Positions 1 to 8,726 are shown, numbered from the stretch's first letter. The stretch is DNA of 34,082 nt from Candidatus Poseidoniaceae archaeon (GCA_028822955.1 JAPKCL010000002.1:1-34082); one strand, 5' to 3'. Notes: generated by a model from the sequence alone, not told the origin. A program made the numbers and translations.

Positions 1-97
1 AAACGGGCCATATCTGGCGATTGGCCCGTTTGTGATGAATACACGTGATGAAATCCAACAAGCATTACTCGATTACCAAAATGGTACTTTGGCCTAA
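1..97 (+). CDS. 3' end of a pirin-family protein gene (partial; start lies outside the window)
   Basis: Frame 2 reads NGPYLAIGPFVMNTRDEIQQALLDYQNGTLA and stops at TAA 95-97. The pattern GPFVMNT..EI.QA..DY..G is the typical pirin C-terminal signature. Only 31 codons are visible. Confidence 0.5.
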   Translation, partial: NGPYLAIGPFVMNTRDEIQQALLDYQNGTLA

Positions 98-121
98 AAG
101 CGAAAATCTCCGAAAAAGTTG

Positions 122-131
122 TATATAAATA
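122..131 (+). promoter_or_regulatory. TATA-box-like element (TATATAAATA) for the 154..939 gene; implies a leaderless or near-leaderless mRNA
   Basis: An AT-rich octamer-plus is centred about 27 nt upstream of ATG 154. No Shine-Dalgarno-like purine run lies between them. This geometry matches archaeal TATA-to-TSS spacing. Confidence 0.45.
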
Positions 132-153
132 CTGATGATGCATGGGTTGACTC

Positions 154-939
154 ATGCACACAGCGGTAAAGGTAATGCTTATTCTAGGAACTCTCACCAC
201 CGTAGGTGGAATTATCTTGATGGCAGTTGGTGCGAGTGCAATCGCTGACTATGACCCAATTGAAGATGCTGTATGGGAAGGTACCTCTGGAACTTTTGTT
301 GGAGATTCCAATGTCGACTATTGGGTTTACTCCAAAGTATCTTCATGCGATGAAATAACCTATACAATTAATCATGCGAATAATGGCGAATCTGCAATTG
401 ATCAGGAGTATGAATGTGATGACAGCACACAAGAAATGGATGGTTACATCTCCCTTGGATATCTTACCACTTCCTATTCAGAAGGTGACGGATCTTATAC
501 AGTTGATTCAACACATACGGTTTATCTTTCTGATACAATGTCTGAACTCGGAGATGTAGCTGTTGGATTTGGTGCAGTTATTGCTTCTTGGGGTACGATT
601 TGTTGCGGTGTATTCATGCTCATTCTTGGTGGTATTTTTGCACTTACGATTACTGAACCTAAAATGGTAGTTATCAATCAAGGCGGAATGCCGATGCAGC
701 AAGGTCAAATGATGGCTGCTCAATACCCACAGCCTGTTCAACAGCAATATGCACAACAACCAGTTCAACAACAATATGCACAACAACCAGTTCAACAACA
801 ATATACACAACAACCAGTTCAGCAACAACCGGTTCAACAACAACCGGTTCAGCAAAACCCATTTGGTCAGCCACCTGTTCAACAACAACCGGTTCAGGAA
901 AACCCATTTGATCAGCAACCACCTCAGGGTGGCTTCTGA
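154..939 (+). CDS. Two-TM membrane protein with a Cys-containing extracytoplasmic loop and a C-terminal Gln/Pro-rich repeat tail; function unknown
   Basis: A 261-aa ORF with hydrophobic helices VKVMLILGTLTTVGGIILMAVGASAIA and VAVGFGAVIASWGTICCGVFMLILGGIFALTI. The tail is made of PVQQQY[AT]QQ / PVQQQ units. I recognise no family. Confidence 0.75.
   Translation: MHTAVKVMLILGTLTTVGGIILMAVGASAIADYDPIEDAVWEGTSGTFVGDSNVDYWVYSKVSSCDEITYTINHANNGESAIDQEYECDDSTQEMDGYISLGYLTTSYSEGDGSYTVDSTHTVYLSDTMSELGDVAVGFGAVIASWGTICCGVFMLILGGIFALTITEPKMVVINQGGMPMQQGQMMAAQYPQPVQQQYAQQPVQQQYAQQPVQQQYTQQPVQQQPVQQQPVQQNPFGQPPVQQQPVQENPFDQQPPQGGF
733..918 (+). repeat. In-frame tandem repeats: a 27-nt unit x3, then 15-nt PVQQQ units and two PVQ[QE]NPF[GD]Q units
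   Basis: cct/cca gtt caa ca(g/a) caa tat (g/a)ca caa caa occurs at 733-759, 760-786 and 787-813. cca/ccg gtt ca(g/a) caa caa occurs at 814-828, 829-843 and 874-888. NPF-containing variants occur at 844-873 and 889-918. Confidence 0.9.
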
Positions 940-1156
940 AAACGTTGAGTCCCTCACATTGGTTTCTGTTCTGATTCAGGGCAGGTGAATCTACTCCGTT
1001 AGGGTTTTGTTCGTACCAGTGCTTGTACCGTGGTGTAAAGAACTGTATTTACCCTACATTCTTGGCTTTGAAAAGTTAAATTATTCTAACTCTCAAAAAC
1101 AAATATTGGTTTTTTGCACACACGTAACACATCCGTAGTGTACCTTTCTTGTAAAG

Positions 1157-1231
1157 TGCTCGTGCCGGGATTCGAACCCGGGTCGGCGGGATGAAAACCC
1201 ACTATGATGGACCTGGCTACACCACACGAGC
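1157..1231 (-). tRNA. tRNA-Glu (anticodon UUC)
   Basis: The reverse complement GCTCGTG..GTGGG-TTTTCAT-CCCGC..CCGGGTTCGAATCCCGG-CACGAGC-A folds as a cloverleaf. It has a 7-bp acceptor stem, a 5-bp anticodon stem, a TTCGAAT T-loop and a 7-nt loop with TTC at positions 34-36. No CCA is encoded. An oligo-T run lies downstream on the minus strand (about 1095-1105). Confidence 0.93.
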
Positions 1232-1297
1232 GACAAGCCGTTCCACCGACCACCCCTTGATAATGATTCGCTCTATGCAAGACGATAGAATGATGAC

Positions 1298-1921
1298 TCA
1301 TTTGTTCTCTTTCGGTTCGGGAGTGGGTGAATTAAGTTCAATATTCGACCACCATTTCCAACTGTACCAAAGTGGTATTGCTGCAAGGATCATGACGAGA
1401 GCAAGAATAATTTCATTGTCCAAAAACCAATTTAATGCGTCAATAGCAGCATTTCCATACACTCCAATCAATACAGCTTCTAATCCAAAGCGTAGACCTC
1501 TACCACACAGTCCAGCAAGTATGAATGGTTTCTTTTCCATTTCACCCATTCCTGCAACCCAGCCAAATACCTTGTAGGGGATTGGCGAGAATGCTGCGAT
1601 AAAAATCCCAAGTGTTCCGTATTTGAGTGTAAGTGCCTCAATTTTATCTAGATGGGATTGTTTTGAAAAGCGACTGAGAACACTTCTGCCCCACCGTTTC
1701 CCAATCCAATAACCAACCATGGAACCTGCTACAGATGAAAGTGTGACCGTTAACCATAGCCAAATCACCATCGGAACATCTCCAATGGTATCTGCGAGCA
1801 TAGGGATGTAGATCAAATCTGGAGGTATCGGTTGGATAATCGATTCAGTAAAGGAGACCATAGCAAGACTTGCGGGTCCAAATACGTCGAAAAAGTCGAC
1901 TATCGTTTCCTTCCACGACAT
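1298..1921 (-). CDS. DedA/YqaA-type (VTT/SNARE-associated domain) membrane protein
   Basis: MSWKETIVDFFDVFGPASLAMVSFTESIIQPIPPDLIYIPM... together with FSPIPYKVFGWVAGMGEM..FILAGLCGRGLRFGLEAV matches DedA/YqaA family patterns. I prefer ATG 1921 over the ORF-track start at 2026, which would overlap the divergent Nob1 gene. Confidence 0.8.
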   Translation of the reverse strand: MSWKETIVDFFDVFGPASLAMVSFTESIIQPIPPDLIYIPMLADTIGDVPMVIWLWLTVTLSSVAGSMVGYWIGKRWGRSVLSRFSKQSHLDKIEALTLKYGTLGIFIAAFSPIPYKVFGWVAGMGEMEKKPFILAGLCGRGLRFGLEAVLIGVYGNAAIDALNWFLDNEIILALVMILAAIPLWYSWKWWSNIELNSPTPEPKENK

Positions 1922-2001
1922 AAAGATGGCTTGGTCCACCCACCAATGAAGGTGTGGGTGTGCGGTGGCTTCAAGGAGGGCATTCTTCAGTGGGAGACTT
2001 G

Positions 2002-2493
2002 ATGCGAGTCCTCGATACCGCTGCATTGCTTCACTGGCCAGTGAGTGAACTTACGGGCAATGTTTGTGCTGTTCGTCAACAGGCAGAACTTGAGCGTGTC
2101 AGCCCCCAGCGTTGGATGTTGATTCAAGCATTGGATATTGATTGGCGCGATGTTTCTCCAAACTGGCTGAATGTTGCTAAAGAGTGTGCGGCTCAGAGTG
2201 GAGACCTTCCAAGACTTTCAGATGTAGACCTCGATGTCTTGGCTCTTGCCCTTGGCCTTGACCTTCCTTTGGTTACCGACGATTACCGCTTACAAAATAC
2301 AATGAAATCTGCAGGGAAACAATCAACCTCTGTGGGTACTACCGGTGCAAAAAAAGTATGGAAATGGGAGTTGCGTTGTACTGGATGCCGTGTTTCTACC
2401 GATGTTCCCGAAAATGTGTCTCGGTCAAAAAAAGGAGAAGTGGGTGATTGCGACCGATGCGGGTCACCATTGGTTTTGAAACGTAAGCGATGA
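2002..2493 (+). CDS. nob1: Nob1-like endonuclease (PIN domain + C-terminal Cys4 zinc ribbon), 16S rRNA 3'-end maturation
   Basis: MRVLDTAALL... is a PIN-type start. LSDVDLDVLALALGLDLPLVTDDYRLQN is the conserved PIN core. CTGC..(24)..CDRC forms a zinc ribbon. The start is taken at ATG 2002, whereas the ORF track starts at GTG 1954. Confidence 0.8.
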   Translation: MRVLDTAALLHWPVSELTGNVCAVRQQAELERVSPQRWMLIQALDIDWRDVSPNWLNVAKECAAQSGDLPRLSDVDLDVLALALGLDLPLVTDDYRLQNTMKSAGKQSTSVGTTGAKKVWKWELRCTGCRVSTDVPENVSRSKKGEVGDCDRCGSPLVLKRKR

Positions 2494-2494
2494 C

Positions 2495-2797
2495 TCATTC
2501 CTCTGCGGATGAATCCATTGATTCAAGGGCAGTTACCTTTCGTTCAAGTTCACTGACATCCATACCTGCAGGGTCAAGTCCAACCACTCGAGCACGTTGT
2601 GCAAGGAGTTGAGAAGGAGTCCGGCCATCTGCTTCCAAGTCAGTGATCGTTCGTGAGGTGTCGGCTAATCCCTTCTGGAATTGCCCCTTAGAACGGCCGA
2701 GTGCGTTTGCCATTTTCGGCAAGCGTTCTGCACCAAACAAGATAAAAAATAATCCGACTAGAATCGTGAGTTCGAGAGGTCCTAAACCGCCAATCAT
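2495..2797 (-). CDS. tatA: Sec-independent (twin-arginine) translocase subunit TatA/E
   Basis: MIGGLGPLELTILVGLFFILFGAERLPKMANALGRSKGQFQKGL is the canonical TatA TM helix plus amphipathic helix (FG..(K/R)LP motif). A GAGGAAG purine run lies just upstream of the ATG on the minus strand. Confidence 0.9.
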   Translation of the reverse strand: MIGGLGPLELTILVGLFFILFGAERLPKMANALGRSKGQFQKGLADTSRTITDLEADGRTPSQLLAQRARVVGLDPAGMDVSELERKVTALESMDSSAEE

Positions 2798-2870
2798 GTT
2801 TCTTCCTCAACCCTTGGAGTAGGGGTGTAGTGTTGAAGGCTTCGGCTAAACCAATTCTTTTTTTTGGTTT

Positions 2871-3104
2871 TCATCCACCGGATACAGGGGGGAGGAAGGC
2901 TAATTCATCGCCATCATTCAATACAGCAGACAATTCTTGCTGTAACCCATTAATAGCAAAAACAAGGCCTCGTTCACTCCATTCAACAATTGAAAGTATG
3001 TCGAGTACATCCGCAATCTTTGAAGGGGATTGAAGCGTCAATTGATGTCGTTTCCAACCAAGGCTTTCGGCGAGTGGACCAAACGCGAGTAGGGTGATGT
3101 TCAT
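2871..3104 (-). CDS. moaD: MoaD/ThiS-fold sulfur carrier or SAMP-like small modifier ending in Gly-Gly
   Basis: MNITLLAFGPLAESLG...LNDGDELAFLPPVSGG* shows the beta-grasp MoaD signature with the terminal PPVSGG. The start is taken at ATG 3104. In-frame alternatives exist at 3122 and 3170. Confidence 0.8.
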   Translation of the reverse strand: MNITLLAFGPLAESLGWKRHQLTLQSPSKIADVLDILSIVEWSERGLVFAINGLQQELSAVLNDGDELAFLPPVSGG

Positions 3105-3143
3105 GCCCTTCGCATCGTTCATGGTGATGCTTTGAAGCGGTAG

Positions 3144-3149
3144 TTTATC
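3144..3149 (+). promoter_or_regulatory. Possible TATA-like element (TTTATC) in the short divergent moaD/ABC intergenic region
   Basis: It lies 30 nt upstream of ATG 3174, consistent with a leaderless ABC ATPase transcript. The match is weak and only 6 nt long. Confidence 0.3.
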
Positions 3150-3173
3150 AACGCACTCGGTTGTCCACAATGC

Positions 3174-3872
3174 ATGGGACCGGTGATGAAAGCAACCCGT
3201 TTGTGGAAAATCTATCCATCCGGTGAATCTACAATTCAGGCGGTCAAAGGTGTCAATGTGACGATTGAAGCGGGTGAGATGGTCGCTATCATGGGTCCAT
3301 CAGGTTGCGGTAAAACCACTTTGCTCAACATACTCTCTGGAATTGATGAGCCGAATTCAGGGGATGTCACCGTCAAGAACCGCCCTCTCTTTGGCATCTC
3401 AGACGATGATAGGACACGAATGCGGGCTGAACACCTCGGTTTCATTTTTCAAGATTTTAATCTTCTACCTGTGCTTTCAGCTGTCGAAAATGTGGAGTTG
3501 CCGCTTTTGTTGCTTGGAAAGTCTGCTTCTGAAGCCCACAATGGAGCGCTTGCGGCGCTCAAATCAGTTGGCTTAGAAGACCGAGCAGATCATCGTCCAG
3601 CCGAGTTATCGGGTGGTCAACAACAGCGCGTTGCAGTCGCACGAGCATTAGTTCACAATCCAGCGATTATTCTTTGTGATGAACCGACAGGTAATCTTGA
3701 TTCAGCAACTTCTGCTGAAGTTCTCGAACTTCTCCTTCGATTGAATCATGAGCGTAACACGACTTTTCTTATCGTCACCCATGATTCAAAAATTGCTGAA
3801 CAATGTACGCGTACCCTACAGATGTCTGACGGCGTTTTCATCGAAGACCAAAGGAATACTGAGGAGGAGTGA
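3174..3872 (+). CDS. ABC transporter ATP-binding protein, MacB/LolD/FtsE-like subfamily
   Basis: It carries Walker A GPSGCGKTT, a Q-loop, the signature LSGGQQQRV, Walker B ILCDEPT and an H-loop VTHD. The FIFQDFNLLP motif is typical of the LolD/MacB clade. The stop codon TGA overlaps the GTG start of the permease. Confidence 0.95.
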   Translation: MGPVMKATRLWKIYPSGESTIQAVKGVNVTIEAGEMVAIMGPSGCGKTTLLNILSGIDEPNSGDVTVKNRPLFGISDDDRTRMRAEHLGFIFQDFNLLPVLSAVENVELPLLLLGKSASEAHNGALAALKSVGLEDRADHRPAELSGGQQQRVAVARALVHNPAIILCDEPTGNLDSATSAEVLELLLRLNHERNTTFLIVTHDSKIAEQCTRTLQMSDGVFIEDQRNTEEE

Positions 3873-6800
3873 AGCTGCTGATTCCTTTGGCCATCCTTTC
3901 CATTGTGGTTGCCCTTTTGAGCGCAGCATCCACCCGAGGAATAGGTCGCTGGAAACAACTTGGTGTTAGCAAAGTCTCCCTACTTATTATCGGTCCTGTC
4001 GCCGATGCTTTCCTCGGATATCTTTTGCTTGATTGGCTCTCTGTCTCAGGACTCACCTTGTGGGCTGGTGCCTTTGCTTTGGGAATGATTAGTCATGTCT
4101 TAATGCAACCTCTTCTTATTCCACAACGGCTTGTTGTTTGGCGGCTGGCAAAACAAAATATTCTCCGCCGTCAACGCCAAGCAGCACTCCTGATGGTTGG
4201 TTTGGTCATTGCCTCTGCCATCATCACTTCTTCCATGGTTGTTGGTGATTCACTGGACGCCACCGTTCGCTACGAGGTGGAAGGGGCATGGGGCGAGACG
4301 GACATTACCATATCAGGATTTGACCTTTCGATAGGTGAGCGAGTAACTCTTTCTGAATCGGTTGCGAATGCGATGTGGGATGGAATTCAAATAGACTCTT
4401 CATTCAATCGTGTCATTAAAGGTCAACAACAAGGTTTAGTTGCTTCAACCAGCGTTGCCTCGGGTGATGCATCACTTACCGGCGTTACATGGATGGCGAT
4501 GAACAGTACGATTGATAATCAAAAAGTCTGGCCCAAGATCGGCTCGCAATCTGAAGGAATACGGTATGCCGATTTGTATGATGCCAACTTCTTTTCTTCA
4601 CAAAAATACGTTGCCGTCAATGAAGTCTTGGCTGGTGAATTGGGTGTTTCCGTTGAAGACGAACTGAAGATTGGTTGGTATATTACTCAAGAAGGTAAAC
4701 GTATTCGAGTCGAATCGAACTTGACAATCCTCAGTATTGTTGCGAATGAGGGGCAGGGGGCATCTGCAGGTACGCAAGCTCCGGCCTTGTTCACAGATTT
4801 AGCCACGGCTCAATCACTTCAACGTCTCAATGGGAGTATCAATTCGTTATACTATGCAGTGGATGACGCTCACGACGATGCTGAACACATCGAACCTATC
4901 TTGGAGGATGTTGAACGACTCCTCGACCGACTAATACGCGCAACAGATGTCGGGTTAGACATTGATTTAGATGAAAATACGAAATCGATAACATTGACTT
5001 CGAGTCAAGGTTTAGGACGCCTTTCAGGAGATTTAGTGCGCGGTTTAAGGGGGAACTTGAGTCAGATCTCACCGGGCTCAAGTATGATGGAAATCTTACA
5101 AGTTCCGATGATTGAACTTGAAGAGAACAACCAACAGATTCTCACTCTTGCTGATTCGGATATATCGGAACTTCGTGCAGGCCAACGTGGCCTTTGGCAT
5201 TTCTCACCAAGTGGTGCAGGTTTCCAAATTGATGGTGCAGGTGATGCTTGGGTTTGGCGGGTTGCTGAAGGCGGCATTGCTCACGACTTCACGCTCGATT
5301 CTTCTAGAGAATATGGTTTGATTGCAACTGATGAAGGCCTTATTATCGGCTACGAAGGGGATGTTGAATCTGATGAATGGGCTTCCTTTGAAAGCGAGGG
5401 GGAAATGGTCTCTGTAACCTACGGGTCTCAACAATGGTGGGCACTTGAGGAAACTTCATCATCGTTCAAATTACATTCTTTCTCTCTTGACTTACAACAG
5501 CACTCTGTTACAAACCTCACACTTGACATGCCATCCACTGTGCTTTCTACACAGTTATACTTTGACCAGTACCTCTATTTGGAAATTGAAAGTCTTCTTT
5601 CCTCTTCTCGCTACCGATCTTCGACTTCGAATATTTCTTTTACTGCGTTGGAAGATACTTCACAATGGCCTTTGATGCCTTTATTTTCTGCAGAGGTACC
5701 TCTTCATTCATCTTGTGATGGCCAAGCATCTATCACTGAATCACAAAATGGGCATCATTGGTGCACAGTTCCGAACGGTCTTATTCGATGGGATTCTGTA
5801 AATGGACCGGTTGAAACACTTCGGATACCAATTGTATCAACTGCGGGTGGGCTCGGTGTTTTGCCGCAATTATTCTTAGCGTTTGGAGGCGAACAGTCGC
5901 CACTCGTTGTCGAAGAAGGTCAAGTGCTTTTCAGTCAACGCCTGAACGAACTCGATTTGACTGAACAAGAGAGCGAAGTATGGGTGAAAGGACTGATTCC
6001 CTATGCTTTTGGTGATAATGCCGCATACCGTTTGAACTACTCTGGTACCTATGGTGACCTTGAGGGAATGGAAAGTCTTTCAGAACTTGATGCTGTGATT
6101 CTCGGCCTTGTATCATTATCGGATGGAGAACAGTTGGCTTCTGCCGGTGAAGACGAGAGGTCAATGGTAATTCTTTCAGTTTCAGGCCAGTGGAATGATT
6201 CGGTCGCCTCTCCACTGATTTCCTGGCTCGACCTCGAATCAAATGCATCAGATGCAAATTTGAATGTTAGGGCAGTGAAGGTTGAGGCTGCGGCAATTGC
6301 TGAGGAATCCTCCGGTATTCTTGCAGCTATGTTCTTGGTTTTTGGAACATTTACGATTGCAGCGGGTATACTTCTTGTGCTCACGATTGTCATGATGTTG
6401 GCCGAAGCACGACGTTCAGAACTTGGTACAATGCGAGCCTTGGGAGTCACTCAGTCTGATGCTCGCGCTCTTGCAGTTCAGGAAGGAATTATTCTCTCAG
6501 CCATTGCAAGTCTCCTCGGAGCAATTGTTGGCTTAGTTCTCGCCTGGTTCATCAGTATTGGATTCGATAATATGTTTTCATCCGTAGGTTCGAATCAATT
6601 TACTTTTGCTTGGGAATGGACCTCTTTGTTTTCTGGAGCAGTTTGGGGCTTCCTTCTTGCTGTATTGACGCTCTGGGGTTCTGCTTTTTGGACTTCGAAA
6701 CTCAATATAATTCACGCACTGAAGGGTGGCCGCATCGCTCGTTCCGAAGGGATTCCTTGGTATCTTCTTCTCCTCCAGATTGTTGCACTTGGAGGTGGAT

Positions 6801-8482
6801 TACTTTCTCTATTGGTTTTGCTTGTTCTTGGCTTTGAATCGGGTGTTGCCTATTTCTTATGGATGGTCTCTGGTGTTTGTGCAATCATCACTCTTGTTCC
6901 GTTCTTTACTTGGGAGTTGCCGGTTTTCTTACGAACGAAGAATGATTTTTGGCAACGCCTTTGGCGGAATGCAAGCCGTAATACTTTGGCCATGATTGGA
7001 ACAATGTTGTTGATTTGGACGGTCGGTCTTTCTTCTCTTGACCCGATTCGAAAAGGAATGGAGCCAGATGAGCTTTCATTCATAGTACTCGGCTTAGTTG
7101 AAGTGTTTGCAGGTGTTCTTTTGTTAACCAGTGCTGCACCACTTCTTGTGAAGCGGTTAGGTAAATCGAAAATATTGACCCGACGTTGGGGCCCAGTGTT
7201 GCCAGTATCACTTGCTTATCCTCTTGCTACACCTGTTCGCACTGCTGTGGTAATGGGTATGTTTTCAATTACCGTATTTTCTGTGATTGTGTTGGGTGGT
7301 TATGCAGTCCAATTTGATAATTATACGAGTTCTTTTGTCGAGGACGCTGAAGGTGATTATGAATTATTATTGACAGGCTCACGTTCCAGTCCAATCGAGT
7401 TATCGGAAAACATATCCGAATGGAATCTTTCTTCAAGCCTTGAAAGCCAAATTGATTCAGTTGCACGCGTACATCGTGGCGAAGTATTCCTTGAGGATAG
7501 CGATGGTGAACGCATGCCCTATGTGATACGAGGTTTCGATGACGCTTTTGCCCAACACGGTGGTTTGCCTCTTTACACATGGGATTCCTCGCTGGGCGCT
7601 GATGAATTTGAAGTATGGAATGTCGTGTCATCACGTGACGATCTTGTGCTTCTCGATGCCTCATTTGGCCTTGAGTCAATTACCGATGGTAGCGGAATTT
7701 CAACATTGAGTTTTTCAATTGGAGAATCAATTTCGCTAATTGATATTTCTAACCCTGGTAATACGCGTTCTGTCAAGGTTGCAGGCTTTCTCGAACAATC
7801 TTCATATCTGTTTTCAGCAGGGGTTTGGATGAGTGATGATCTTGTTATCGAACAATTTGACGGGCGGCTTACTCGAATGTACGTGAGTGTCTCTGATGAT
7901 GCCCAACCTTCACCCACATACCAAGACAATACAGTGAGTGATTTCTCTCCAACCGGTAAGAGTAAGGATGTTCGAATGGCATCTGCAGAATTAGAATCTG
8001 AACTCTCACCATTACTGAACGGCAAAGGTGTGCAAGTCTCAATTATTTCAGATGAAGTCATGTTGCTTCAATCGTTAGTACTTGCATTGCTCGGGATTTT
8101 TGAGGGTTATCTTGCGTTAGGACTTATTGTGGGTATTGCTGGAATTGGGGTTGTAACAGTTCGTTCAGTTTCGGAACGAACCAAATCCATTGGTGTTCTA
8201 CGGGCACTAGGATACCGAAAGAAGATGGTACTCCTTTCATTTTGGATTGAGGTCTCCTGGGTAAGTGTCTTGGGTATGTTGAATGGGATTTTAGTCGCGG
8301 TAGGTTTTCATCGGGCTCTGTATATCGCCTTTTGGAAGGATCAGGGTGCGAGTTTTAGTCTTCCAATGGAATCCATATTTCTGGTGTTTTTCGGTGGGTG
8401 GCTGCTCGTGTTAATGGTCACCTTCGTCCCTATTCAAAAGGCTGCTAGGATTCCGGCTTCTGCCGCGTTGCGAGAATCATGA
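3869..8482 (+). CDS. Giant ABC permease with two FtsX (MacB-type) modules and large extracytoplasmic domains
   Basis: The GTG start sits in a GTGA overlap with the ATPase stop and is preceded by GAGGAGGAG (3861-3869). There are two copies of the MacB-like arrangement. Each has a basic segment plus TM (AKQNILRRQRQAALLMVGLVIA.. and WRNASRNTLAMIGTMLL..), an extracytoplasmic domain, and an FtsX core (AEARRSELGTMRALGVTQSDARAL.. and VSERTKSIGVLRALGYRKKMVLL..). The first extracytoplasmic domain spans about aa 125-812. Confidence 0.9.
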   Translation: MKLLIPLAILSIVVALLSAASTRGIGRWKQLGVSKVSLLIIGPVADAFLGYLLLDWLSVSGLTLWAGAFALGMISHVLMQPLLIPQRLVVWRLAKQNILRRQRQAALLMVGLVIASAIITSSMVVGDSLDATVRYEVEGAWGETDITISGFDLSIGERVTLSESVANAMWDGIQIDSSFNRVIKGQQQGLVASTSVASGDASLTGVTWMAMNSTIDNQKVWPKIGSQSEGIRYADLYDANFFSSQKYVAVNEVLAGELGVSVEDELKIGWYITQEGKRIRVESNLTILSIVANEGQGASAGTQAPALFTDLATAQSLQRLNGSINSLYYAVDDAHDDAEHIEPILEDVERLLDRLIRATDVGLDIDLDENTKSITLTSSQGLGRLSGDLVRGLRGNLSQISPGSSMMEILQVPMIELEENNQQILTLADSDISELRAGQRGLWHFSPSGAGFQIDGAGDAWVWRVAEGGIAHDFTLDSSREYGLIATDEGLIIGYEGDVESDEWASFESEGEMVSVTYGSQQWWALEETSSSFKLHSFSLDLQQHSVTNLTLDMPSTVLSTQLYFDQYLYLEIESLLSSSRYRSSTSNISFTALEDTSQWPLMPLFSAEVPLHSSCDGQASITESQNGHHWCTVPNGLIRWDSVNGPVETLRIPIVSTAGGLGVLPQLFLAFGGEQSPLVVEEGQVLFSQRLNELDLTEQESEVWVKGLIPYAFGDNAAYRLNYSGTYGDLEGMESLSELDAVILGLVSLSDGEQLASAGEDERSMVILSVSGQWNDSVASPLISWLDLESNASDANLNVRAVKVEAAAIAEESSGILAAMFLVFGTFTIAAGILLVLTIVMMLAEARRSELGTMRALGVTQSDARALAVQEGIILSAIASLLGAIVGLVLAWFISIGFDNMFSSVGSNQFTFAWEWTSLFSGAVWGFLLAVLTLWGSAFWTSKLNIIHALKGGRIARSEGIPWYLLLLQIVALGGGLLSLLVLLVLGFESGVAYFLWMVSGVCAIITLVPFFTWELPVFLRTKNDFWQRLWRNASRNTLAMIGTMLLIWTVGLSSLDPIRKGMEPDELSFIVLGLVEVFAGVLLLTSAAPLLVKRLGKSKILTRRWGPVLPVSLAYPLATPVRTAVVMGMFSITVFSVIVLGGYAVQFDNYTSSFVEDAEGDYELLLTGSRSSPIELSENISEWNLSSSLESQIDSVARVHRGEVFLEDSDGERMPYVIRGFDDAFAQHGGLPLYTWDSSLGADEFEVWNVVSSRDDLVLLDASFGLESITDGSGISTLSFSIGESISLIDISNPGNTRSVKVAGFLEQSSYLFSAGVWMSDDLVIEQFDGRLTRMYVSVSDDAQPSPTYQDNTVSDFSPTGKSKDVRMASAELESELSPLLNGKGVQVSIISDEVMLLQSLVLALLGIFEGYLALGLIVGIAGIGVVTVRSVSERTKSIGVLRALGYRKKMVLLSFWIEVSWVSVLGMLNGILVAVGFHRALYIAFWKDQGASFSLPMESIFLVFFGGWLLVLMVTFVPIQKAARIPASAALRES

Positions 8483-8491
8483 GTGATGTAA

Positions 8492-8525
8492 TTTTTACAA
8501 TCAAATCTTCTATTTTGGTATTTTT
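8492..8525 (+). terminator. Oligo-T tracts downstream of the permease (archaeal-type terminator candidates)
   Basis: T5 at 8492-8496, T4 at 8513-8516 and T5 at 8521-8525 lie within 45 nt after the stop at 8480-8482. Confidence 0.35.
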
Positions 8526-8672
8526 CCGGATATTGTGTTGTAATATACTGGTTTTGAAGCATATCTACAAACTTCCCGTACCACCAACTCTGTAATCACA
8601 GCACTGAGAAGGTTATTTACAGAATCTGTGCGTTATTTTACGCTCTAATAATCATTATTTGCACTCCTATAG

Positions 8673-8720
8673 TATAAATACGACGAATTTCGTGGAGGAA
8701 ATTACCGAACCATCGGAGGT
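8673..8720 (+). promoter_or_regulatory. TATA box (TATAAATA, 8673-8680) plus Shine-Dalgarno-like GGAGGT (8715-8720) for the 1012-aa protein gene
   Basis: The TATA element is 47 nt upstream of ATG 8727, and GGAGGT lies 6 nt upstream of the ATG. Confidence 0.45.
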
Positions 8721-8726
8721 ATAGAT

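Noticed and set aside
733-918. CRISPR-like or minisatellite non-coding array
   Set aside because: The repeats are contiguous with no spacers, have unit lengths that are multiples of three, and lie in frame within a CDS. No CRISPR array or cas gene is seen anywhere in the window.
374-988. ORFs 374..559(+), 508..957(-), 674..922(-) and 749..988(+) overlap the 154..939 gene
   Set aside because: They are out-of-frame or antisense readings of the CAA/CAG/CCA repeat tract and give low-complexity L/N/V-rich peptides. The 154..939 frame has the TATA box, the TM helices and a coherent repeat structure.
1086-1577. ORFs 1086..1301(-) and 1191..1577(+)
   Set aside because: They run through the tRNA-Glu gene or are antisense to the DedA/YqaA gene. 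They have no family resemblance and are shadow ORFs.
2830-3576. ORFs 2830..3033(+), 3236..3445(-) and 3265..3576(+)
   Set aside because: They are antisense or alternative-frame shadows of the MoaD-like and ABC ATPase genes, both of which carry unambiguous family motifs.
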